Source: Raillietiella orientalis (taxonomy: Eukaryota). From it: a stretch of 64,000 nt of DNA. The DNA lies in assembly GCA_036172245.1 (NCBI GenBank), contig JAYWIR010000010.1, forward strand, positions 1,798,001 through 1,862,000. The letters are read 5' to 3'. The stretch's first letter is position 1. Each line of letters begins with the position of its first letter. Shown one piece after another: positions 12,162 to 23,904 of this stretch. Below the pieces are notes generated by a model. That model had not been told where the DNA came from. It worked only from the letters and a program-made list of their open reading frames with translations, and did no database searches. Both the position numbers and the translations under genes were made by a program.

Positions 12162-15100
12162 CTTGCTATCTCATGAAAACTGCAATATATATTCATAAGC
12201 AGCAAGTACGCTACCTAACAACATAAATCATACAAATACAAATTCTCAATAAATTTAACTGAAAGCATGATTCAGTTTGTAAATTCAACATAAGGTTTGG
12301 GACTCATATTTGCTAGTCTGGTCAAAGAAGCTTTCTAAAGAGCATTAAAGACTGCAGTTTACACAATTTCATCATAATTGAAAACAAGACATTTGGATTC
12401 CTGGATAAAATAATTATGTATTTAAAGAAAATTTTATTTCTTAAAAATAACAAACAAAAACGTTCAGATCAAACATGAAAAAAATTCATTTTATTAGATA
12501 TCAAGAAAACAATTCATCAAAATAGTAAACCCCAAGATTAAATTGTTATAATTTAGGAAATTCCATAAGAATATTTACAAAAATTCTACAGAACATATAC
12601 AAAGGGATCACAATTATTTCAAAAATTATAGTAGAGCTTTAAAATAGACTTTTAAACAAAACCTATGATTTCCAATCTGGTGTGAACTTAATCCTACAGG
12701 CGCTAATTTGTTTTTTTTGCAGTGATGTTGTAATGTTTAGTCATGTTAATAATCTGACAAAATTCAATTTGTCCAATTCATGAAGCACTATTCTGGGCAT
12801 GCTTGTAGGTATTTTACAGCACACATTGTACACTGTAGATTGGAAACAAAGCTATCAAAACTTTGCGAGTTTTCATGAATTAGTCCAACAAAAGTTCACA
12901 CACTGTGCATTCTAAACTGTTCACATTCTAATTTCGATTTTTCAGTAACTGTAATGTATGCATTTGTATCCATGCATAAAATTAATCTACAACCACATGA
13001 AATGTATCCTGCGAAAACTCCATTGTTTTGATGTCAAACTTGGAAAACTCGCAGAGCATTCATTAAAGGCATTTCTTGGTTTTCATGCACTATACATGCA
13101 AACTAAGAAAACTCCATCATGAACTTATGTAACTAAATATACAATAATAATCCATCAATAATGACTACTTGATGATTACTTTCCTAAAACCTTCATCACT
13201 CATAAAAGCAATACTGGCTGTTTATGCAAAAAGTCAACATGATTACTAAAGCACACAAAAACTACACTGCTAACCTATTTATGTATCCACCCAAGTACAA
13301 TACTTTTACATTCAATTCAATGCATAATAAAGTGGGAATGCAAAATACAAACGAAATCTTTAAAACTATTCACAACTGATTACTTTCTAAACAATTGCAG
13401 TCTTTATAAAAAAAATACAGCTGAGACAGATCATTCATAAAAAAAATGTTCTAAACACATGGGAAAGACAAAATGACTTGAGTTTGTTGAATTTTCCTGC
13501 TAATTTACAAAACGTGTAAGTTAAAGGAGTCACATCTGCTCTTATGAAAATGAAATATAGATTTCCTTCTGAGCTATATTTGTTAATTCATGTTCTTTAA
13601 TGATGCATGTACCTAAGTTAAAACACAGCAAGCTATACTAAGATACAATTTCCAAACATGCGAAATCCATTTATTGAGGATGAAACCTTGAGTTTGATTT
13701 TTGCTAAAGCATCTGATATTTGGTACACCTTCCACCAGAACTGTTCCACAACATTCTACAATATCAATAATTAAGGCAGAATTTTGTCCAATTTGATAAT
13801 TACTCTTTAAAATGCTTCCAGATCCAGTTAATCACATTACTTAATTCAACAGAAGCAATATGAACTACAGATGGATACAGAATTTGTCCACATAAACAAA
13901 TGTGGAATGTTTCATAAGCAATCAATGATGAAATATGTATGTGAAAAATTAATGAAAAGCAGAATAAACAAATGGCAACATTAAGTATTGTCACTTTGGA
14001 ACCTAGTTCCAACAAAACACACACAGGAGCAACACTTGAAAATCAAAAAACAAAACATAAAATGAACCCACTAATTTACAGCTCAATCAATCAAAATGAT
14101 AAAGTTCCATAGATTTGACATACAAAGCACGAAATTGCCACTTTGCTTATTCAATTGCACAAACTAAATATCTGTGGAATGCTAACACCTGGAAACAAAT
14201 GGTTCAAGAAGCACAATAAACTTCCAAAGATCCAAATCCAAGTGATCTCAAGTAAGAGAAATCCGTCTGTGAGAAAAGAAACTTTTTGATTCACAATATA
14301 TGGCTTCCCTCATTAAGACAGATATGATTCTTGCAGTTTAATACAACAGACCTTATTGAACTGATTGATGTACATGACAATCATGGCATCAAAATACATA
14401 ATAACTCCAAAACTTTTACCCAATAAGTCACACACGTTTGCTAATGTTAATAACAGAAACATCTATTGAATATTGAAGATTGATCTTCACAAATTAACAA
14501 TACACAAAACCAATCGTCACAAAAGTCAGTTATGATACTTACAACAAAGGCAACTGCAAAAGCAGCTCAATTTTTCAGTATTTGTAATAATACTTGCATT
14601 TAACATTTTGATTCTTATAGCAGCTTTAGCTTTATAGATTACTTTAAATACTCAGCACAAACCAGGGTTAGTAGCATGAAATTGACTATTCAATGTTATA
14701 TTATCAGTTTCTTTCCCAAACAAGGATTTAACTATTAAAATTAAGGATTTACATAGTTTCCAATAAAAAAAAAGAATTTTAAAATAAGACTTGGGTGAGC
14801 ATTATTCCCAATTCTCAAACGATTTTAAATAAATTTTTCCCCCAAAAATATCAGAACAAGGAGTCTTGCACCTGCATGTACTCCATGTACAAGACTCCTC
14901 CTTACAATTTGTTGGACTCAATTGATATTAACGGAACAGAAATGCTTTAAAAAGAGCATGAAAAACTAGAATGACACTACACTGGCTCCATGGTTTTTTT
15001 TACCTCATAATTTAAAGACATTCAAAACTTTCTCCAATGTAGACAACTTCTTACAACTTTAATGCCTTGGCTGAAAAACACTACATACTTTCAAGGATTA

Positions 15101-15659
15101 ACTTAACATGATGCTGCTTCTTTGATTTTTAAAAGTAGTCAAAGAAAACAAGAAAACAGCAAATTATAGGGACTACAGACACAAAGGTTATGAGAAAGCA
15201 AATGCCAATTTCTCTTGGAAGCAAGCTCCAAATACCAAAAACCAACATAAAATACCATAAGCTTCAATTATCCATAAATAACTATAAATGCAAAACATTG
15301 ATTTAGACATTCTAATTCAGTGTCAAAAAATGTGAATCAATGAAAGCATATTTGCAACAAAAGAACTGGATAAAATATTTCTGTCTCATGTCTTGACCAT
15401 TTGGTAGTTACAAATTAATTGGCTAAGTTCAATTTCGTGTTATTAAATGAATCAGCAATGATAAGTCTTAGTTTACATCATCTGAAATGATGGCATGGAC
15501 TAATGTTTGGGTGCAAAGTATTTCATGCACAGAATATATGGGATGAACCAAATATTTACAATGAAACAAATCTTATTCTTTTTTGAACAACTTTATTGTG
15601 GGCTTATTTTTCAAAATATGCATTTGCAAATGTATACCTTAATAAGCTAATAATATATA

Positions 15660-15900
15660 CGGGGCTTTATCATTATACGGCATTTGATCTCCAAATTTCC
15701 CATGTGTATATTCGAAAATATATAAGGCAAGATAACAAATAAATCGGGGAATCAGTGTCGGTTTGATCAAAACATGAAAACTATGCGATTGATTCCGAAA
15801 AATAGCGACCGGAAAACAAGAAAATGAAATTTACTCGAAATTCTAGTTGCAACACAGACACTTACAGCACGCAAAATGCAATCAACGCCATAAAGCACCA
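15660..15900. promoter_or_regulatory. Local CpG-retaining patch, candidate promoter (possibly for RTF1 via a long 5' UTR intron)
   Basis: About a dozen CpGs in 240 bp versus about 3 in 12241-12900 (hand counts). Similar patches sit upstream of PFDN2, ENDOG, the MTLN-like ORF and BAG1. Confidence 0.4.
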
Positions 15901-17572
15901 TCAAACAAATACTGCTTCATTTCACTCCTTAGCATCCAATATCTCAAAGATTTTACATAACTTTATTCAAGGTTCTATTGATACATTGAAATTACCTATT
16001 CGTGTCATGCCATTATTCACACATCAGTATAAAACGAATTCCCAAATGGTTTTAACCACGAAAGTCAGAACATTTTCCAAAACAAAAGTTACATGCACGT
16101 TATAAGGAACATTGATGCCACATGAAAATAAAATTCCATGTTTCAAAATTACTAGCTTTAAGCATTAAGCGGACTGAGATAATAACAAGATAGAAATGAT
16201 ATTTTCGAAACTTAATGCATTCTAGATACTCAATACTTCAAGCAGCACTTGAAAAATGTTAGTGTCTTGAAAATTTAACTGGGTAAAATAAAAAAAATCA
16301 TAGCATCAGATTCCAATGACTTCATTGAGATTGAATTATATGGCCATTGAGTATCATGTGTCTTTGATCAAATTTAACTTATAGTCCCAAAGATAGGTAA
16401 AAACTCTGAAAAGAAAAACATTGTTTTTATAGACCATATAATTAATTAAAGTTAAAAAATTAGTCTTAATAAATTTTTAAAATAACCTCAAATAAAATAA
16501 CTTTAATAATAATGAGATTATTCTTATTAACAACCATTGAATATTAAGAAAGTATTTCCGTACGTAATTGAACACTAATATTTGGTTTCAAGGGCTATGC
16601 GGCTTGCTTAATTTACAGCAAAATTGTAATCAATAATAAAAGGTTTTATATTGACAAAGTGAAGCTTTTCAAATAAGCAGATCAAGCAACACCTTTTTTT
16701 GTAATTTAATAACGCAGTTTTTGAATTTAAACTTAGGTTTGTTGTGTTATTTCATATTGTAGATGGAACTTTAAGTATGGAAACAAAACTAAATCTTAAA
16801 AGAACTTCATTGAGTAGCAGGCATTATTACATTTTAATAGGCACAATACTTTAAACGCTGCTTTGAGAGTTTATTGAAATACATTGTTTATAGTGTCGTA
16901 ATTTTAATAATGTAGTACTTTTGCATTTTGAAGATGCATAGGAAATTATCTGGAAATATGTTCAGGATGAAAGCACCTTCCACAAAATTTTCTTCAAAAT
17001 GTTTCACTTGTTTTATTTCCACAAAAAAATGTCAAAATTACGATTTCTCTGTGCCAATCTGTTCCATCAGTTTTATAAAAGACGAAAGTTCTTTTGCTAA
17101 TTTATAAATGAATGTTTCATTTTTCATACTCAAGAGCTGCTTAATTCAGTGAAGTTATGAAGTATGCTTCTGGTTAAGAGGAATTAAAATTCGTTTTTCA
17201 GTTTAGGTACTCGACTGATCATTGCAAAGTTTGTGGCTTGATGTCTAGAAGACAATAAGGTTTGGGTAAACTGTTCTTTCATGGCTTACCTAGTTAAATT
17301 TTTATTTTTGCTTCAGATGCCCCTGTATGTATAATTCCCAGTGTTTTCGAATTCCATTCCGCATCATGCTTTCAAATATAGAACAATTTTGATAGTTGAC
17401 CGGACATGAAGTTTTATTCCGAAACTATCTGCATTTCCCCCCCCATACATATTCCCTTACCAGAGCTCTGGCTTAGATTCAATTGTTCCAATTTATTCAT
17501 ATGATGTCCCATCAGAGTATGTTTTAATTAATGTAAAGGTTGTCTATTATTTCCAAAGAAGAAAAAATGTGG

Positions 17573-17613
17573 AATCAGTCACGATGGGAAATCCTTTCCC
17601 ATCGTAACTGATT
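17573..17613. repeat. Inverted repeat, 19 bp arms with 1 mismatch, 3 nt loop
   Basis: AATCAGTCACGATGGGAAA-TCC-TTTCCCATCGTAACTGATT read directly. Confidence 0.85.
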
Positions 17614-20467
17614 TTTTGTCTTCACCAATCTATCTATCATATCGTCTATCATAAAATTGTTTATCCATTCTTATGCGTGATCCTATTTCCATACTTATAG
17701 GAAGTAAGAAAGTTCCATATGCTCCAAGAATAGACTTCCAAAGTGTTCATTCTCTGAAGGAAGATGTATTGACTCCGAATTCTCAGAATAAAATAGCACT
17801 CTTGATAAGAAAATTCACACTAACTTGTGCAAAATGAAAACAACTTGAGCTTGCGATATATTTTTTAAATTAAATCTTTGTGCTACACACGAAATGGATT
17901 GGTATATCACGAGTAATGGAATACATATATGAAGGGTTCTCAATTGAGCACAATATAAGGTCAATATGAAGAATTATTTAATTCAGGAGACAGAATGATA
18001 ATGTTCGAAAAGAAGTAGAATTATGACAATCTTGGAAATGGGAAAAATACAAACAAAACATTTCCACAGATTAAGAATATTCGGAATAATCAATTTTTGA
18101 ATGCAGATTGCAATTTCAAAATGTTAGACCTTAAACAAGTGTTAATGCTAATTTCAATCTCAGAAAAAAATATTGATTTAAGAATTTTAGTTAAAAAGCG
18201 CTGTTTTTGTGATTTGTTAACGTTCCCCAAACCATCACCGACAAGTTTGCTCATGCAAGGTTTACGGATGGTGGGAGTTGTGGTATCTGTGATGAAACGA
18301 TCCTTCTAGCTACGTACAAGCCCTATTATGAGACCCTATTGAGATGAGACCACCATTTATGATCCAAACTAAACTCAATTTCTGCTTTATCAGTGTTGGT
18401 TGTGACTAAGGATTTGCATGCATGTTTCCCTTTCTTTAACTTTTGCTTATAAGTAGCTGAATTTGAAAGTTTAGCCATCTTTTTGTGTTTGTAGATCCGT
18501 ATATTTTTTCATGTAATGAAATTCTGGTATTTAAAACTAGTATCTTCGCTATAATCCGCATTTTGAAACTGTAATTTCATTGTTTGACAATATATTCTGC
18601 CCTTTAACTTACTAGAAGAAAAATTTCATTTTTTCCTTCGTCAAGATTACATTGCATATGAAATTCCTCCTGCCTGCACGGTTTGTATAAAATGAGTGTC
18701 CCTTTCTTAACGAGATGTATTTGATTCTGGTGATATCCAGTACCTTTTTACCAGTTAATATATTCCGAATATTATAACACAATGATATGACAGATATTAC
18801 AGTCCCGTAATACAATCAGATCATTATTGCATATTACTCATAAAGATGTCAAACAATGCCAAATCCTTTCATAATCGTTGGTGATGAGAAATAAGCATTT
18901 GCTTTTCCAAGATCAGAGTTTTCGTAAGAAACTCCGATTTTGGAAAAGTAACAAGCAACAAGAACAAAAACACCCTTTGATGTTATGAAGTGTGTTTACA
19001 TGTTAAAAAAATAAATCACATCGAACCATAATTATTTATTTTTGGAATTAGTACGTTTTCATTTGCGCTCATTTTGGACACATTTTTCATTAAGTATTAA
19101 TTGTAAAATTTGGATCGGCATTTTTTTTCCTTTTTCAGATAGTTTGAATTTCTATATTTGTCAGGTGTTCACAAAACTTGTAATATATGTCTGATTTAAG
19201 GTTTCTACTCTGTGATAAAGATGGTGCTTCACCAAACACATGAAAAGTCGTTCATAAGATCCAGTTTCGAATTGTTTTAATGCCATAGTATGTTGCTTTG
19301 AATAGTCCATTCCTTCAATGTATCATTATTGAATCTACATGCATAATAATATATCTAGCACATGGTGTAAAAGTTTACAATATCAAGTAACCAAGCAAAT
19401 TAGAGCCTTATGCAACTATTCGATCACAAAATAGCCAAATGTTTTTATTTTTTATTTTTTTTTTAAATTTCACTTTGTAATTGCAAACTTGAGATCTGCA
19501 ATATAAGACTAACAAATGGTAGCTTGCATTGTGGTTGAAAAAAAAAAAAAAATAACAAAACTGAAAACTTCTGTTGTAAAGCAGACTGCACTGCCTGCCA
19601 GCAGAAGACTAAAACTACAACGAAACCATAAGTTGCTAAGATTCTTCTTGATAATTTGCTTTGCAGATGTCAACAGTGAACACCAGTTTGCTGGGTGTAA
19701 TGCCATAAGTACTGCAAAAGTACAACTTGCAAAAAGTACAGTAAAGAATTTCAATTTCCAAAGTAACTGCAAAGCATTTGCATTTTTGTTTAAATATTGT
19801 TAAACTCTTGTTAGTGAAAGTTTAGACAAAATTCCATGTTAATATGTAGAACCATAAAATCAGATGAGTGCCCAAATCCAAGCTCCATACATGTGAATGG
19901 GTAAAAGATGCCAAAAAATTTCACATAAGCAATGCAGATATGTTACATTACCACTAGAGAAAAAACAAACATTGCATATGAAAATGCAAACAGTTCTCAC
20001 TGCTGTTGCAGATACCAGACAAAAAGAAGTGGAATGCATATATACAATGAGTTCTCCATTACTTTCAAGTATATACAATGATTGAAAAAGCTTGTATTAT
20101 TATAAGTGATCAATATTCTTATACTAAAGCTAGGTTTGTGTTTATCATAATTAAACATTAGGAAAAAACCTGTTAAATTGTGTCATGACTTTTTGGTGCC
20201 TTCCCATCACCAGTTTAATGATTTGTTAGTTCATTTGTCTGCAGAATGAATGAGAATTTGGTTTCTTGCATTACATGATTCAAGGCACAGAAAACTGAAA
20301 TTTGTTATGGATAAAAAACATATCCTGATATATATTGAATAGTATACTTAATATTAGTTCTCTTTACACATGTACAGAATAAGCACATAAATTCACCAAC
20401 AAATTTTTATCGATCTGAGCATTTTGGAAAAATTAGTTAATTCAAATCCAACCTTCAGTTTCTGATA

Positions 20468-20689
20468 TCAATAGTTTTCCATGAAGCAAGTTTTTTCATT
20501 GACCCAAGTTTTTTTGTCATCAGTGATTCCGGATTTTTTCAAAGCTAGCTGTGTTGCAATTAATTTATTCATTAATCTTCTTCTTCTCCACCTCAACCAT
20601 ATTATTTTCCATTCATGTAGTTTGTATCCAATAATCAGTCCTGCTGCAAACATGGTCCATAAATAAAACATTGGCCATTTCAATGCCAT
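20468..20689 (-). CDS. MTLN: Mitoregulin-like single-pass mitochondrial microprotein (73 aa, single coding exon)
   Basis: FAAGLIIGYKLHEWKIIWLRWRRRRLMNKLIATQ aligns without gaps to human mitoregulin as recalled, FASGVLLGWQANRLRRRYLDWRKRRLQDKLAATQ. One hydrophobic helix is followed by a basic amphipathic helix. Confidence 0.8.
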   Translation of the reverse strand: MALKWPMFYLWTMFAAGLIIGYKLHEWKIIWLRWRRRRLMNKLIATQLALKKSGITDDKKTWVNEKTCFMENY

Positions 20690-22634
20690 TATGCTGTTTT
20701 GGCTGACATTTGAGTTCTACACAAAGTTGTTTTTCCAATTGCTCAAACTCTTAAAGTCAGCTTGATTAGGGATATTCGTCATGGGTAGAACTGCAACTAA
20801 TTCTTCTATTTTCTACATCTGGAGGCAAACAGCGTGACGACTCGTTTTCAATTTACAGTTCGGAGTCGATAATTTCACGACGGATAATGCAATTTCGAAT
20901 GCCACTATGTTACATATGGCATTTAAAATTAGAATTCATCTCTATACTTTCCAATATTCTAGATCTTGCAAGGTTTCAACTTCAAGATAATTCTCGGAAA
21001 CGAAACACATAAGACAACCGGAAAACTGCCAGAACGACCTTTATCTCAACGCAGTGTGAGAACACACACGAGCATGTAAGCAATATATAAAAGTTTTTGT
21101 CCAACATCAGTATATTCATAAGTGTGATTGGCAAATGTACAAATGAAATACCGTGGTTAAATAAATAAAAATTATTTGAAGAAGCTAATTCCTGCAAATA
21201 AAAGCGAATCCAAATGCACCAAGAGGAAGATTACTAAACCATAACGAAGGCAGAAAATTTTTCTATTTATTTTAGGACAGGGCCCTTAGCTAGGAGGAGA
21301 ACCTCGAAATCATTCTGCTAGTACCGTTGAAGATTACAAGATCTCATTAAATATATTTCGAATGCACTCAATACAATATCGTCAACACATGAACGGAAGC
21401 CAAAATTAACACGTAAAAACGGACATAGGAACAGAGGCGAAGACGAGAAATCACAAACATGCAGATTGGCATTTCCTAGAAATGGATTTTTCCTGAAAAA
21501 AACGATTTTGGACATGCTGATTTTACAGCTTGACAAATAACACCATGGTAACAAAAATTCATGTTTAGCAAAACATGAATCTTCAAATATTCAAACACAC
21601 AAAAAAATCCCTCAACAAATTGGTCGGTGATGTTCACCAAACATTTAAGTTGCCTTTATGATTCCTTCGAATTCCTTCACAGTTTTTCCTTATTTTATGC
21701 ATTCTAAAAATTCAAGTTTTAGAGAATGAAATGCTTTTGTCTTAAATAAGAAAATGTGGTTTCTCACTCATACTAATTTAGTTTTACTCTAAAGCCACCT
21801 ATGGTTGATATTCATGTACTCAGCATTGTTTCATTCAGGTTAATTTAAGCTGTCATACTTGTTCCAAAAACCCATAGGCGATGGGCTTGTAACTAACATC
21901 TTGAATTTCATTTTTCAGTTTTCTTTAGCTATGAATTGAATTAAAAGTTGGTAGCAATGCGTGTATCAAAGCGTGACTACGTCAATTTACACAAAACTTT
22001 CGTGGGAGAACCTATATGTTAAGACAAGCTTGTATTAGAGCCTTTTGGTATGTACGCTCTGATTATTGACATTAGGGTATTCATTTTGTTCTTCCAAGAG
22101 TATACTGAAACATTTAAATACGTTCGCTGTGCCTTAAGACATTACTTTACATTGGCGGAATATTCCACTCAAAAAATATTTTGCTAAATAACCCAGAACA
22201 CTGGTTTATACAGTCAATGATTAGATCTGAAGCAGCATGATCATTATCGATCAATTTGCAGGTAGGATCAATGAATAGTTTTCTGAAATGAGAATGGAGT
22301 CCTTTTGAGATCATTTGAAATCACGTATCACATCTGTAATTCATATGCCAGCTGGAAAATTTAAGTCAATGATTCGTTGTCATAGTACTCAGTGTTTTAG
22401 AAAGTATGATGCTGTTGCTATGGAATACATTGTAATGTCATTATCAATGTGGTTACAGGGATAATGGAAATTTACAGGAGGGCATGAACAATAATGCTAT
22501 TCTTGGACCAAAGTGGTATATAAAAACAAAGAGTTTTACAAAATACAAAATTCCTTGGGTGATTCTGAACTCTGTCATATTATTTACCATTTTGTTTCAT
22601 CATCAAAAACAAAAAAAATTAATCCATCTAACTA

Positions 22635-23425
22635 TTAGTTTTCAATTCTAGTTTTAAATTCTTCAACATCTTTGTGAAACACATCCACTTCCTGAAGTAC
22701 TTCTTGAATGCGTGTTACTATGCTTTTCCTTTTTAGCTTACTTTCTTTCTGTGACTGAGACAAATCCAAAGCATCCAGAGTCTCCAGTTGACAAATAAGC
22801 TCCTCATTAACTCTTTTCAGTAGACGTAAGGTTTTGTGCAAGGCTTCTTTGTGATGTTCCACATTCAGATACCCCTAAAAAAGTTACATGAATGCCTTGA
22901 GAACTGAAAAATCATTCCATTACTTTATTAATACCATCAAAAATAGATCTAGCTTCTTGTAAGCGTTGTTCTATGCGAAAGCAACTTTTCTCAACATCAC
23001 AAATAGCATGGTAACAAGGTTCAGTATATGGATCAACTTTTTGACCTATAACCATCAAGCAACTACCAGACTTGAGACTACAATCCTTAAGTAATGCAGA
23101 TGGATTATTAGATAAAGATCTTCCTTTAAAAATGAGCTTTTGTCGCAATACTGGTATTTCTGTGATTTTGAAAACCTCATGTTGAAGATCTTCTACAGTA
23201 AAGTCTGATGTCACATGAACCTGGTGCTTGCATGATCCTGAAAATAAATAAATAACAGTAAACTTATAGAAAATATTGAATATGATGAAATGTTCTGAAG
23301 AACAATACTGAAATTTGTGTCAAGGGCATAAAATTAAAATACTTTGGAGATGTAAACTAAATGGGCCTGTTCAAAGAATTCCTGATGTGGCATTAATTCT
23401 CACCTTGCACAATAGTTAGTTCCAT
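22635..23425 (-). CDS. BAG1: BAG family co-chaperone 1 (ubiquitin-like domain plus BAG domain), 3 coding exons
   Basis: MELTIVQG|SCKHQVHV...TVEDLQHEVFKITEIPVLRQKLIFKGRSL...LMVIG (UBL), then GYLNVEHHKEAL...EELICQLETLDALDL...KRKSIVTRIQ (BAG). Phase-consistent GT-AG introns. Confidence 0.92.
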
Positions 23426-23904
23426 TGTTATTTGTTGTCACATTGCTGTAACTAAAATTCACAAACTCAATCCAAGACGTATCTATGATTTCTCCTGAAA
23501 CATCTGCTAGAAATTGCAATCAAAATGTTAAATACTCTAATGCTTTCACGAATACATTGGTGTTCACAAATATTTTTCTCATATGCTACTACTGATTGTC
23601 GGATTAATCCTGTTTGAAACACTGGCTTTCACGTTTTACAAACTCAGAAAATTGCTCAGGAGCTTGCTCTCGTGCGGCCCTTAGTTTTTGCGTTTATTGA
23701 TATCAGAATCCCCAAACGCGTGCCTCAATCTCCAACAACGTTCGCATGGATTTTCAAATGTAAATGCAAAGGCAAATGAAGAACGTTAAATGTACGGAAA
23801 AATCATACATGTGGTTCACACTATCATTCCGAACCTCACTTGCTGATCAAACTTATCTGTTGTCAAGCATTGGAAGTTACCACCAACGATTTCTGAAACG
23901 CTGT

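Noticed and set aside
18260..18350. CGICDET zinc-knuckle-like peptide
   Set aside because: It lacks the downstream His/Cys and no supporting RT motifs were recognised nearby.
22200..22330. bantam miRNA gene on the plus strand (TGAGATCATTTGAAA)
   Set aside because: One base is missing, the 3' end does not match and there is no adjacent complementary arm for a pre-miRNA. Treated instead as a possible target site.
4654..23425. Functional mitochondria/apoptosis cluster (ENDOG, MTLN-like, BAG1)
   Set aside because: The genes are kb apart and interleaved with unrelated housekeeping genes; co-location is explained by a housekeeping-rich compartment.
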